Assembly: GCF_964204645.1 (NCBI RefSeq)
Contig: NC_134028.1
Location: 13,957,653 to 14,021,652 of the forward strand
Length of the DNA: 64,000 nt
Source of the DNA: Tubulanus polymorphus
Lineage: Eukaryota; Animalia; Nemertea
Direction of reading: 5' to 3'
The notes beneath the pieces were generated by a model. The model was not told where the DNA came from. It saw only the letters and a list, made by a program, of their open reading frames with translations, and did not search any database. Below, one piece after another: positions 52,186 through 64,000 of the stretch (within the stretch, counting starts at the first letter, position 1; the number at the start of each line of letters is the position of its first letter). The position numbers were made by a program, and so were the translations under genes.

Positions 52186-53189
52186 TTTGTTGACAGATCT
52201 TCTATGCCGCATTCAAATCAATTAAACAAAAGGAAAGATTGATCAAGGGTATCTATCTAATTGTTCCCGTCCATGCTACGTACTTATGAAAGCATGATTG
52301 TGCTGTATAAATTATATTGGCTCTGAGCGGGGAGTGTATTTTGACACATATAACCCATAGAATCATTTGCCAAAGCCGACATGCTGGCTATAGTGTCCCT
52401 TGGGGCTCGCTTGCTCATTGTAGAAGAGCACGCTTTTGCGATCGGTTTGACGATGACGTCGTCACCCGTATCCTTATTGACAATTTAGTTCAAGTATGGC
52501 CGCCAGGGTTGCCATCCATCTTGGATTTTTCTCAGCACGATGCCTACACCCATTCTTAACGCATTTTTTCATGTAGTGTGATCTTTTGGGCAGCTAAATT
52601 GGGCTTGTCTTTTTATGTAAGGATATATTAACAGAAAATGAACATTATCGCCATATAGCCTATACCATTTTAACTATTCTAAAGCTTGTTACGTCGTTAA
52701 CATGCAAATCTTCCTGTTGATATGCGTAATCACATCATCAATTTCAAATTTCATTTCTTTTTCACTTTTCAAACCAAACCAAAACTCGGACCTACAGTTA
52801 TATGCATATTTATATAGTAAAAAATCTTACATCTTATAACTAATTCATAAATTACAGGACAATTATTTAAATCTATGAATTCATCATTTTGATCTCTTAT
52901 TTTTAATTTGAAATTATTACATTACAGCACTTTTTATCAAAACTCAACAGGACTCCCTGAATCAACAACTATTCGACCACGGGTCAGGATTCATTCTCAA
53001 TGTTTTTAGATAATTAACTACTAGTAAAATACCTTCACTCAGTAATTTAGATTGTGTGTAATTAATTATCTTTGTATTATAATTATCTTGTCACTCAGTA
53101 ATTTGAAATTGTTTGTAATTAGCTTCGTCTTATTCTATATAAATACAAGTTGATTAGCCCATTAGGCCCTACTTTCTGTCTGGCACATT

Positions 53190-53820
53190 TTGAGAATTTA
53201 CTATTGACTGATTGCAAATTCAAACCCACATTGTACCTTAGATAAGTTGATGGCATTTTCTTTATTTTTCGAATCAACTCTAACTACAATTCATTTTTTG
53301 ATGCATTAAATACTATGCATCCCAATCTGAAATTCACTTTTGAACTTGGCCCCAATATTTTTAGATACTATCATTCAAGCACCGACTGACACTGGCAGTA
53401 CCAATTTCATCTCACGCGTCTATAGAAAAGCTTCTAATACTGGATTACTTTTGAACTTTAATGCAATGTGTCCTTACAAATGGAAAACTGGTCTTATCAA
53501 CACGATGCTTTTTCGTGCATACAATATATGCAGCAATTGGAACATTCTTTCGGAAGAATTTGATTTTTTCGTGCATACAATATTTGCAGCAATTGGAACA
53601 TTCTTTCGGAAGAATTTGATTTTCTAAAGAAATTATTCAAACTTAATGGTTATCCTAGCCATGTTTTTGATCACTGTGTTAAAAAATTTGTCGACTCTAA
53701 ATTCGTTACCCAGCCTAAAACCGTCGATGAGCATAAAGTTTCTCTTTTCATTACCATACCGTATGTGGGTTTCCCGTCTATTCAATATGCTCAGAAATTA
53801 AAGAAACTGTTAAAACAGTT
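53190..53820 (+). pseudogene. Penelope-like element RT C-terminal fragment
   Basis: R*VDGIF (degenerate RYVDDIF), LN.MHPNLKFT, FLD, VYRKASNTGLLLNF, WKTGLI..MLFRA..ICS, NGYP. Confidence 0.8.
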
Positions 53821-55429
53821 TCTTTAACAAGATATTTACAATTACTCTGGTGTGGATTTTCTATCGATCAGAGCAGGCTCGTTCAACTGTTGCGATGGAT
53901 AGAAATAAGGTTCTTTTCGATTATTTAACCGTCCAGAGCAGGATCTAATGCAGGGCTTTCTTTTAACTTTATTCGGTTGGTTTTCGTTCCACAAACATAT
54001 TCCAATTATTTCAAAATTATCTTTGTGTTCGTATTAACTGGCAAACTCATTTCTTTCCATTTGAATAATTTTTATGTTTTGGAAATCATATCCGGGTTTC
54101 CCAGGATTACGTCATTTACATGTACGTGGCACCATCTAGTGACATTTCGGCGTATAACTTTGTAGCGCGGATTTGTCTTTATCCCAGTTTTTAGATTCAG
54201 CGCAGATGAATCTATTAGTGTTAAACGGAGTGCTGAATTCGTGTTGACCGCTATCTCCTCCCATTGTGAAATCATTCACGGGCTAAGGTCTGCATTTAGT
54301 TGCATCTTCTATTGATGAAGCATATTGGGTAAATTGGCAATTTCATGCCGTTTTTGGGTATGTAGAGTGTCGCCATCTTGATCTACTAACGACAACAACA
54401 CGAGCAGAATTGCAAAACATTTGCTGTCGAATTGACAAGTAAGCTTTTTATATATTACTGATACAACATATAAAATTCTCCAATGAGAAAACTACAAAAG
54501 ATGAAATAAAATTGACGATGATTTTCCATTTGCTGTGCAGAAAATTGCATGTCGCGATGCGCGGCGTCGTTTGCAGTATTTACGGAGGAGCTGTGGTGAT
54601 GGCGCCTTCGCTTTTGTCCGGTGAATGGACACCACGAACATATTGTTCATGTCGTGCTGGTGCACTGTATACTGTGCACCAGCTCGGCATGAACAATGTG
54701 AACAAGTGGAAAAATAGATAGACAATTCATCACAGCCGAACTTGATAAACCCTACTACAGAGAATGAATCTGTTTAGTTGTAAAATGTTATAAACTTTGT
54801 CAGTTCATTTCTAAACTGCCGGGTCTGATATAGTAAAATATCATTGATCATGGTTAATGAATGAACATTATTTTTCAAATAACTAGGAGTGACTGTCTCG
54901 TTTATAAGGCTAGGAAACACACGCAACTAGTGGAATAGGTTTGATATTTACACACAGGTATAAACTGTTTATCAGTATATAATTGGTAATCCATAAATAC
55001 CGAAATCAACATCGGCCCGAAGCCCACACCATTCATGATTATTGATTGAATCTACACTACAATATATGCATTTATTCAAATATTTCAATAAAAAGATTGA
55101 TTCCTAAAATCTATTCCAAATCCTGATACGTTCTTATTTGTAATCGTTCTTATCGACTCTAAGATTCTAACCATGAGTTCTTAATAGAACAGATCTATTT
55201 TTTAAACGTGGTGATAATTCAGTATCATAGAGTTTGAATGTCAAAATAAATGCCTGATCGAATCATTCCATATTTATTGATTGTATTGATCTATATTTCG
55301 ATTTCAAAACTGAATCACATTGGACGTTTACACAGTTGCATAATATGATCGGATCTGTCAATGCATTTCATTCTAAGTATCGGTATTTCTAATTTTCTTT
55401 TTCAAATCCCATCATCCTGAATGACTTAA

Positions 55430-55465
55430 CAGAAAACCCGGTATCGCTGCTTTGCAGCTTTATTT
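55430..55465 (+). repeat. Isolated HINE 3' tail
   Basis: CAGAAAACCCGGTATCGCTGCTTTGCAGCTTTATTT. Confidence 0.75.
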
Positions 55466-56559
55466 CAAATGTATGATATTATATGATATCGTTTTTAATG
55501 TTCAGTTTAAAAGTTTACACGTTTCGCATTGGTACCGATACGCACGTTCATGCGAGTGGAATGTGCACGTTACAGGCACAAATAAAAAGTTTATCACGTT
55601 CATATGTATGCACACGATACAAGTACAAATCTAAACTTTGTTCGTTCAAAACCCCACGTTAAAATCTTTTGTATTTAGTTGGAAATTTCAAAGTTCGCTC
55701 GCTACATACGATAAAAATCAGACAAGACATTTTTAAGTTCCAAATTTGAATATGAAAGAGTATTACTAACGACGGTTTTAGGCAATAACCTGCGTCATAT
55801 CTAAAAACAGTTAACCGATAATTAGACAGTACTTGTGTAGCGTGTACAGGTAAAAGTTTTGATGTATTTAAGTTCAGGCCAATTGAAGTTATTTGATACC
55901 AAACACGACAGTGTTGCTTGATAATCAGATTAATACAGGTCTATGGTCAGTACTGGCCAATAATTGCTTCAGTTGAATAGTTGTTAAACAAAGCCCACTC
56001 CATATCTAGGTATTTGGCACTAAACACGATTGTGTTACTTTTAAATTAGACAGAGGGATTTTATTTACGTTAGGATATAAGATGTTTTATGAGAGCCAGC
56101 GTAGTTTATCTATCACGTGATCAAACACGTGTCTTATCACTTGTTGAACTCCACCCAATGTTGAACTCCACCCAATGAGTAACCTCGTGGCGATTCAATC
56201 CGTCTGAGTTTCCGAGACGCATATGTGTTATTAAAAAATTTCTATTTGGTTAAAAAGTTCTATCGTCCGACGAGGATTTCAGGATCAATTAGGAGGTTAG
56301 TAATAGGGATAATGGGCTTTCAGGCCAAAGGTCGAACGTTCGAGCTCGTAAAAAATGAAAAACATAAAAATAATTACAATTTCTACTTGAATTACTCGCA
56401 AAACTCATAAAAATGAAAAATAAATTCTCACACACTCGAATTTATTTTTCATTTTCTACTCGCAGAAGAAAGTGTGAGTAAAGTGTGAGTGAAATAATTC
56501 ATAAATTATTGAATATTTATATGTGTTGGGTTCATTTTAATAAAAGTTTTGTTATTAAA

Positions 56560-57132
56560 ATGAAGACAGAAGAAGAACCCAACTTTAAAATCGAAATCAA
56601 TGAAACTAATAAATCATTTTCACAGTTTTACATTAAAAATTATATTTCAGCAACAAATTTAGTGTCCGCAAGGTATTATAAAATCGATAATATTACTATG
56701 ATTAATCAAATATTATCAAATGAAACATATTTACTTACTGAACTAGTAGATACTTTTGATAATGGCGTTAAAAATCCTAAAATATTCAATACAGTTTTGA
56801 ATTTTAAAGGAACTTTAGATGAAAACATAATTAATATTCTTAAAACTCCTTTCAATGAAAGAAATGATGATATAATACTTTCAAAAGATTACAATGATTT
56901 GATTAACTTAAGAATTGAAAAAAGACAATTATATTATTTCAATTTTGATAATAAACAAATTATCTATAATGAAAATTCATCAAATATTGCAGTTCAATGT
57001 AATTTAGATGATGAATTTAGAAAATTCAATCCTAATGAAAAAGTGCATTGTTATTGCGGAGGCAAATATTTAAAATCACATAAATCAAAGCATTATGAAA
57101 CAATTAAACATAAAAACTGGCGTAAAGAGTAA
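56560..57132 (+). CDS. 190-aa uncharacterised protein with C-terminal zinc-finger-like motif
   Basis: Intact ORF; ATG start supported by homologue 5719-6273; ends HCYCGGKYLKSHKSKHYETIKH. Confidence 0.65.
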   Translation: MKTEEEPNFKIEINETNKSFSQFYIKNYISATNLVSARYYKIDNITMINQILSNETYLLTELVDTFDNGVKNPKIFNTVLNFKGTLDENIINILKTPFNERNDDIILSKDYNDLINLRIEKRQLYYFNFDNKQIIYNENSSNIAVQCNLDDEFRKFNPNEKVHCYCGGKYLKSHKSKHYETIKHKNWRKE

Positions 57133-57189
57133 CAATTCTTCATTATAATTATTGAATTGAGTTAAATGATTTAAATATCTAATAGACTG

Positions 57190-59073
57190 CTAAAATGTTA
57201 AATTGTTTGACAGTTGAAATGATAAATTGTTTGACAGTTGAAATGATAAGACAGTTGAAATAATAAATTGTTTGACAGTTGAAATGTTAAATTGTTTGAC
57301 AGTTAAAATAATAAATTGTTTGACAGTTGAAATGATAAATTGTTTGACAGTTAAAATGATAAATTGTTTGACAGTTGAAATGATAAATTGTTTAACAGTT
57401 GAAATGATAAATTGTTTGACAGTTAAAATGATTAATTGTTTGACAGTTGAAATGTTAAATTGTTTGACAGTTGAAATGATAAATTGTTTGACAGTTAAAA
57501 TGATAAGACAGTTGAAATAATAAATTGTTTGACAGTTGAAATAATAAATTGTTTGACAGTTAAAATGATAAATTGTTTGACAGTTGAAATGATAAATTGT
57601 TTGACAGTTGAAATGATAAATTGTTTGACAGTTGAAATGATAAATATTTTGACAGTTGAAATGATAAATATTTTGACAGTTGAAATGATAAATTGTTTGA
57701 CAGTTAAAATAATAAATTGTTTGACAGTTGAAATAATAAATTGTTTGACAGTTGAAATGATAAATATTTTGACAGTTGAAATGATAAATATTTTGACAGT
57801 TGAAATGATAAATATTTTGACAGTTGAAATGATAAATTGTTTGACAGTTGAAATAATAAATTGTTTGACAGTTGAAATGATAAATATTTTGACAGTTGAA
57901 ATGATAAATATTTTGACAGTTGAAATGATAAATATTTTGACAGTTGAAATGATAAATATTTTGACAGTTGAAATGATAAATTGTTTGACAGTTAAAATGA
58001 TAAATTGTTTGACAGTTGAAATGATAAATTGTTTGACAGTTGAAATGATAAATTGTTTGACAGTTAAAATGATTCATTGTTTGACAGTTGAAATGTTAAA
58101 TTGTTTGACAGTTGAAATGATAAATTGTTTGACAGTTAAAATGATTAATTGTTTGACAGTTGAAATGATAAATTGTTTGACAGTTGAAATAATAAATTGT
58201 TTGACAGTTAAAATAATAAATTGTTTGACAGTTAAAATAATAAATTGTTTGACAGTTGAAATGATAAATTGTTTGACAGTTAAAATGATAAATTGTTTGA
58301 CAGTTGAAATGATAAATTGTTTGACAGTTGAAATGATAAATTGTTTGACAGTTAAAATGATTAATTGTTTGACAGTTGAAATGTTAAATTGTTTGACAGT
58401 TGAAATGATAAATTGTTTGACAGTTAAAATGATAAGACAGTTGAAATAATAAATTGTTTGACAGTTGAAATAATAAATTGTTTGACAGTTAAAATGATAA
58501 ATTGTTTGACAGTTGAAATGATAAATTGTTTGACAGTTGAAATGATAAATTGTTTGACAGTTAAAATGATTAATTGTTTGACAGTTGAAATGTTAAATTG
58601 TTTGACAGTTGAAATGATAAATTGTTTGACAGTTAAAATGATAAGACAGTTGAAATAATAAATTGTTTGACAGTTGAAATAATAAATTGTTTGACAGTTA
58701 AAATAATAAATTGTTTGACAGTTAAAATGATAAATTGTTTGACAGTTGAAATGATAAATTGTTTGACAGTTGAAATAATAAATTGTTTGACAGTTGAAAT
58801 GATAAATATTTTGACAGTTGAAATGATAAATATTTTGACAGTTGAAATAATAAATTGTTTGACAGTTGAAATAATAAATAGTTTGACAGTTAAAATAATA
58901 AATTGTTTGACAGTTAAAATGATAAATTGTTTGACAGTTGAAATGATAAATTGTTTGACAGTTAAAATAATAAATTGTTTGACAGTTGAAATAATAAATT
59001 GTTTGACAGTTGAAATGATAAATATTTTGACAGTTGAAATGATAAATATTTTGACAGTTGAAATGATAAATAT
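57190..59073. repeat. 24-bp tandem array, ~78 copies, consensus AAATGATAAATTGTTTGACAGTTG
   Basis: Directly visible; variant and truncated units occur in blocks. Confidence 0.97.
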
Positions 59074-59879
59074 TTATCGATTTTATAATACCTTGCGGAC
59101 ACTAAATTTGTTGCTGAAATATAATTTTTAATGTAAAACTGTGAAAATGATTTATTAGTTTCATTGATTTCGATTTTAAAGTTGGGTTCTTCTTCTGTCT
59201 TCATTTTAATAACAAAACTTTTATTAAAATGAACCCAACACATATAAATATTCAATAATTTATGAATTATTTCACTCACACTTTACTCACACTTTCTTCT
59301 GCGAGTAGAAAATGAAAAATAAATTCGAGTGTGTGAGAATTTATTTTTCATTTTTATGAGTTTTGCGAGTAATTCAAGTAGAAATTGTAATTATTTTTAT
59401 GTTTTTCATTTTTTACGAGCTCGACCGTTCGACCTTTGGCCTGAAAGCCCATTATCCCTATTACTGAGGTTAGTTCTGCTACTTTTACGTTCTTATCTGA
59501 TTTATATACTGCGAGTACTTACAACGTAAATTCTTTCAATCATGGCAGTTAGAATTAAGTGGTCCTCGGTCATTCGTTTTTACACAGGCAGAATAAGTAC
59601 TAATCCTTTCCTAATTTATGATTCGAACCCAATCGCGTTGACATATAGTTCTTGGTTTTCGTGGCGCAACTATTTTGCCATCTGACATCGATTATGATGT
59701 TGCTTTTTTTCATATTGGCTGTAACGGTATCTCTGATCGGTGTGACCCAGTGTATGCAACCATCGACACTAAATGCGCGTAACTAATAATTTTGAAAAAT
59801 TCACATTTTCTTTCTCTTTTTTTTGAATTGTTTAACTTGTTAAAATGTAACGATATTCAGTGAAAATAAATTTAAATTG

Positions 59880-62215
59880 TAAATTGAACTTTTTCGCCAT
59901 CAAATCAGACAAGGGGGTGAGCCACGTGTATTCTTACCTGGCATCTGCAATTTGTTTTTCTAATTTGTAATTGACTTGAATCATTACTAATTTGTTGAAT
60001 ATCTTTCTTCGATGTTTCTGGAGTTGAAGTTCTTAATTTATCTAATCGATCTCCATACTCTTCAATTTCTCGATCAAGATCAAAAGGATTTAAATTTGGA
60101 TTTTTAAATGGTGAATATTTGTTAATATCAATATTCTTGATTGGTTTTTCTTCATTTACTCTTTCGATTGCATTCCATAAAATTCTGAGAAATTCTGAAC
60201 CACCTTTTGATTTTTCAATTGTTGAACTTGCTAACATTCCACGATGGAACAGGTCTTCTTTCCCCATTTTAGATAATTGTAATTTTCCGAGTTTATCATT
60301 TAATTCAAGATTATAATACCATGCATCATTTTTAAATTCTAAATTACGATTGAAAAATGGATCATTTTTCACAATTTGTATTGCAATATCTTCTGGTTCA
60401 ATGTTATATGTTACATCTTTTGGAAATATTTCTTCAATAACTGTATTTGTTACACCATGTTTTATGAATAATAAATCTTTTTTCAATATAGGATTTTCTG
60501 TTTTTTTTCTAATCTATTAATTAAATCTTTTCTTTCTGTTCTAGTTTTAATTACTTTCCTATCGGCAGCTTTAAAATAATCTATTAATTTTTCATTTGTT
60601 TCAATCCCATATTTATATTTTTCACAATCACTATATCAACTAAAATCATCATTTTCATCATCATTATTTAAATTAGAATATATGTTGTATCATCATCATT
60701 ATCAATATTAATTCAATTAAAATCAGGTTGTTGTTCTTCAGTTATACCGGGTTCATTGGAAGTAGCCATTGGAATATCTTCTCCACCTTCTACACCCATT
60801 TATATCTTATAAAAAATTAAAATTAAAAATATAATATTCCTCATATTTTAAAACCTATAAGATTTATAGCTATTTAGTATTTTCATGTGATTTATTATCA
60901 TTATTAGTTTTCATTATTTCGTGCTGAATATTATCAGTTTTTAATCTTTCATTTGAAAATCATTTTTTAATTTAATATTCTTAGATTTAGTATCTGTTGA
61001 TTGTATATTTTTTTTCACCTTCCATTAGTTTTGGAGCAGTGATAATTTTTTTATTTATATCATTTAATCCAAACTTATTATTTATTGTTGCAGTTTTAAT
61101 CAAATTATTATAACCAATTATATTTCCCATTTTTGATACTAAATCATTAGAAATAATGAATAAATTAGGACGTAAACAATAATTTAGTCTTATATGAGAT
61201 TTATCTAAATAATTTTGATATCTTACTATATTGTCTGGAATTGATCTATTTTTATCATTATGAAATGAATCTTCAAATAAAACTTTAAATTGTTTCATCA
61301 AATGAAGTATTATCATTTCCAACTATTGGTGATCTTGTTTCAACCTGTGATCCTAAAATACAAATTAAATGATTTCTAATAGATTGATTTATTCTTTGTA
61401 TTCCAGGCTTGGAGAAACCTTCACTATTTTCTAAAATAAAATTGATCCAACCATTATTATTATCAATTTTATAAATATGATAAGCTCCAACTCTATGCAT
61501 ATAATCAATTCTTTTCATTTCAAACTGTTCACCAACACCATGTAATTTACTATGCGCTCTAAAATCGGAATTAATATTTATATTAAATTCATTACATATT
61601 TTGTAAAACTTAGATATATTAATATTACTATCCAATTCTTTAAAATATTTCGATCCAGGTAAAAGACATTCTAATTCATTTTATACAATTCTCATTTGAA
61701 AATACGTGTGAAGTCTAAATATTGTATGAATTGATTTTAAATCAGAATAATCCAAATTTTTATCTTAGTTATTAAGATGATTATTCCAACTTACACCACA
61801 TCCTGTTGTTGCACAATAAACAGCAATTTTTATTGATTCTGCAATTATTTCATGTTAGATTTTATTTTTCATATATTTTATTTATATTCAACTCGAGTAA
61901 AAGTAACTTCATATGTATTAAATATATTTTCTATTTTAGAAATAAAAAGCTTTGTTTCAGTACCATAAATTTCTAGATTAATTAATGAATTTAAAACTAA
62001 ATTTTTATATGAAATATTTTTATGAAAATCCATTGAAGGAATATTATATTTAAATGATTAATTATATTGGAAAGCTTTTGGAAACCCCATTTATATAATA
62101 AGAAAATTAATAATTAATTAATTCTTCTAATAATTTATCTTGTTCTTCAATTGTAATATTACCATTAAACTAATAATATAATCTAGTGTATTTTTTAATT
62201 TATTAATTTCTTATA
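59880..62215 (-). mobile_element. Decayed Polinton-like gene cluster of unknown function
   Basis: Intronless AT-rich co-oriented ORF fragments (59905-60486, 60987-61322, 61285-61635); motifs AVYCATTGCGVSW and ILGSQVETRSPIVG, recalled from invertebrate Polinton-associated proteins; TATAAATG starts. Confidence 0.55.
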
Positions 62216-63380
62216 TATTACAGAAATGCACTGTTTACTCACTGTGAGCCTCTAAACATCGAAATTTAAGCCCGATTCGAACAGTATCCATCTACGTATG
62301 TGTATTGCCTACGTGTCATTCCCACAGCGGCTCCTAAATACGTGTGTTTGTGTCTGTGTCCTTATATCGATAGAGCTGTGTTGTTCTAGATCTGTAGTAA
62401 ACACGTAAGCAGTAGTGATATTTTCATCTCTTCCTTCTACGAATCGATTGTTGAATTAGGACATTACTCGACTGAACGCAACTGAGGAATTTTTATGGCC
62501 TTGTTTGTGCCGTATGTTAAAGTGCATCATATATTGCTTCCGCAACACAAGTTAGAGCATCATATATAGGCTTTAATACTTCGAATTCCGCTAGTCACAA
62601 GAATATTGCTCAACGGATTCACTTGAAACTTACGTGAGATGTACGGAACCCAGGTACCTTGGGGTAAGTCGAAGGGATCTTTGATTGGGAACCCCGTTCA
62701 CCCACCAGGAGGTGTTTTACATTTGAAAATTGTGACATCGAAAAGTTACTGTGTGAGAAAAATCGATTTCAGCATCCATTTTTCGCATTTTATGCGGTCT
62801 GTTTATTATGAAAATCACAAAACTTGGTATAAGTACAAAGACACGTGTGTAATATGCCAACCTGCATGATTAGTTCATACAACTGCCATCAGGGGACTGT
62901 GAAAACAACCATTTTTGCTCCCAGGTCCTTAACCGTTGGTGATAGAATCGAGGTTGAAATGTGTGGTTACTTAACCATTTAGCCCTTTACAAACACTTGT
63001 ATTGGTGTATGGTTTAAGTAGGTAACTCATATGGTGCTCCAGTAGCGCCACCTACAAATTGTTGGAAATGCATTTTCATTGATATCTACTTATCGGATGG
63101 AGGAATTTCTATGAAAATTGATACACATGTACTTTGCTACGAGGGAATGGTAGAACACTGTATCACCTATTTTCACCTGTATCACCAAGTTATTTTCCCT
63201 AAACTTGGTACATCATTACTTTGCACTTAAGAACCATGGGTCAACATATCCATGATATGGGCTGACCCATGATACAGGATGACCCCTAGGTGGCGCTTCT
63301 TCACAGATAGTGGTACGTAATGAACTGATTTCAGTGAAATCTTTTGCAACCTTCCTAGTACGGTATTTAACCCGGCAAAG

Positions 63381-64000
63381 CAGAAACCCGTTATCACTGC
63401 TTTGTAGCTATATTTATTATTATTAGGGTTTTCTGTTTCTTCACAGAAAACCCTATTGAAATTCGCGTGATTATTATTATTCTTTTTTTCCCTTTTCCAC
63501 ACATTTTTGTTAAAAGTGTAAAGGCTTCCTTACCTTACCGCTGTCGCCGATACAATCCGTATGATATCCTTTAGCTCACTTCAATCTCCAGATATTGCAT
63601 GGGAATTTTGATAAATTCACGTTATAAAGGCACTGTCGAGCCGTAAACATCGGAAATTTGACTCCGTTCAATTAGTAGCCATGTTGTGTTTTCTTTCCGA
63701 AATTTCTCTCTTCTTTATGAGGAAGAGCTATCGAATTAATCCCTCTCTTCTCCACAATCAATTTCAAAGTCAATTTTCTAATTGATTTGAGCCATGTGAT
63801 TAAATTTGGCCAGGCCTTCTCTGACCTGCTGACATAAATAGTCAAACCAAAACGTTCATGTGGTCACGGCTTGTATACCAGAAATCATTGTAGGCCTGTA
63901 CATTTTGCTGTTCGTAGGTTTGGTATACCGATTTCTCCATACTTGACTGATAAGTGCTGCTGTTCGCATTATACAATTGTTCCAATGGGAATAGGGCCTA
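63381..64000 (+). mobile_element. Diverged HINE tail (63381-63415) followed by a new head (63425) and body running off the window
   Basis: CAGAAACCCGTTATCACTGCTTTGTAGCTATATTT, then AGGGTTTTCTG...CAGAAAACCCTATTG and a body homologous to units A/D. Confidence 0.75.

Larger units (their letters stand above)
56299..59465 (+). mobile_element. Young miniature Polinton-type element (one ORF plus 24-bp array)
   Basis: 392-bp TIRs (56299-56690, 59074-59465; one mismatch noticed), termini AGTAAT...ATTACT, 6-bp TSD GAGGTT (56293-56298, 59466-59471). Confidence 0.92.

Noticed and set aside
50940-53000. Candidates for the upstream DUOX exon (DGWYNN...WGS) at ~50950-51060 and ~52945-53000
   Set aside because: Only vague similarity, with stops and no clean splice sites.
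57190-59131. Periodic proteins (TVEMINCL)n and (FNCQTIYH)n
   Set aside because: A 24-bp unit is a multiple of three, so stop-free frames arise automatically; frames are broken at truncated units.

Overview
AT-rich eukaryotic (probably invertebrate animal) DNA made up almost entirely of nested mobile elements. It contains: (1) a decayed minus-strand Ty3/Gypsy element carrying both a chromodomain-tipped integrase and an env-like class I fusion gene (~0.35-9.05 kb); (2) a young, near-intact Gypsy with 745-bp LTRs, PNMA-type gag and a -1 frameshift signal (14094-22717); (3) a chain of non-autonomous Helentron-type (HINE/DINE-1-like) elements whose 9 heads and 7 tails pair like brackets, suggesting repeated insertion into one another's (ATT)n tract, with a 31-bp central repeat expanded to satellite size; (4) five Polinton/Maverick-derived segments, two of them complete miniature elements with AGTAAT...ATTACT ends and 6-bp TSDs (46167-50225; 56299-59465, holding a 24-bp array), with several ORF starts overlapping a poxvirus-late-like TAAATG; (5) four cleanly spliceable exons of a DUOX-like peroxidase domain, the only host-gene signal found; (6) MITEs, tRNA-derived SINE heads and a Penelope RT fragment. 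All family calls come from motif recognition by eye; no searches were run, and most boundaries without a TSD are approximate.
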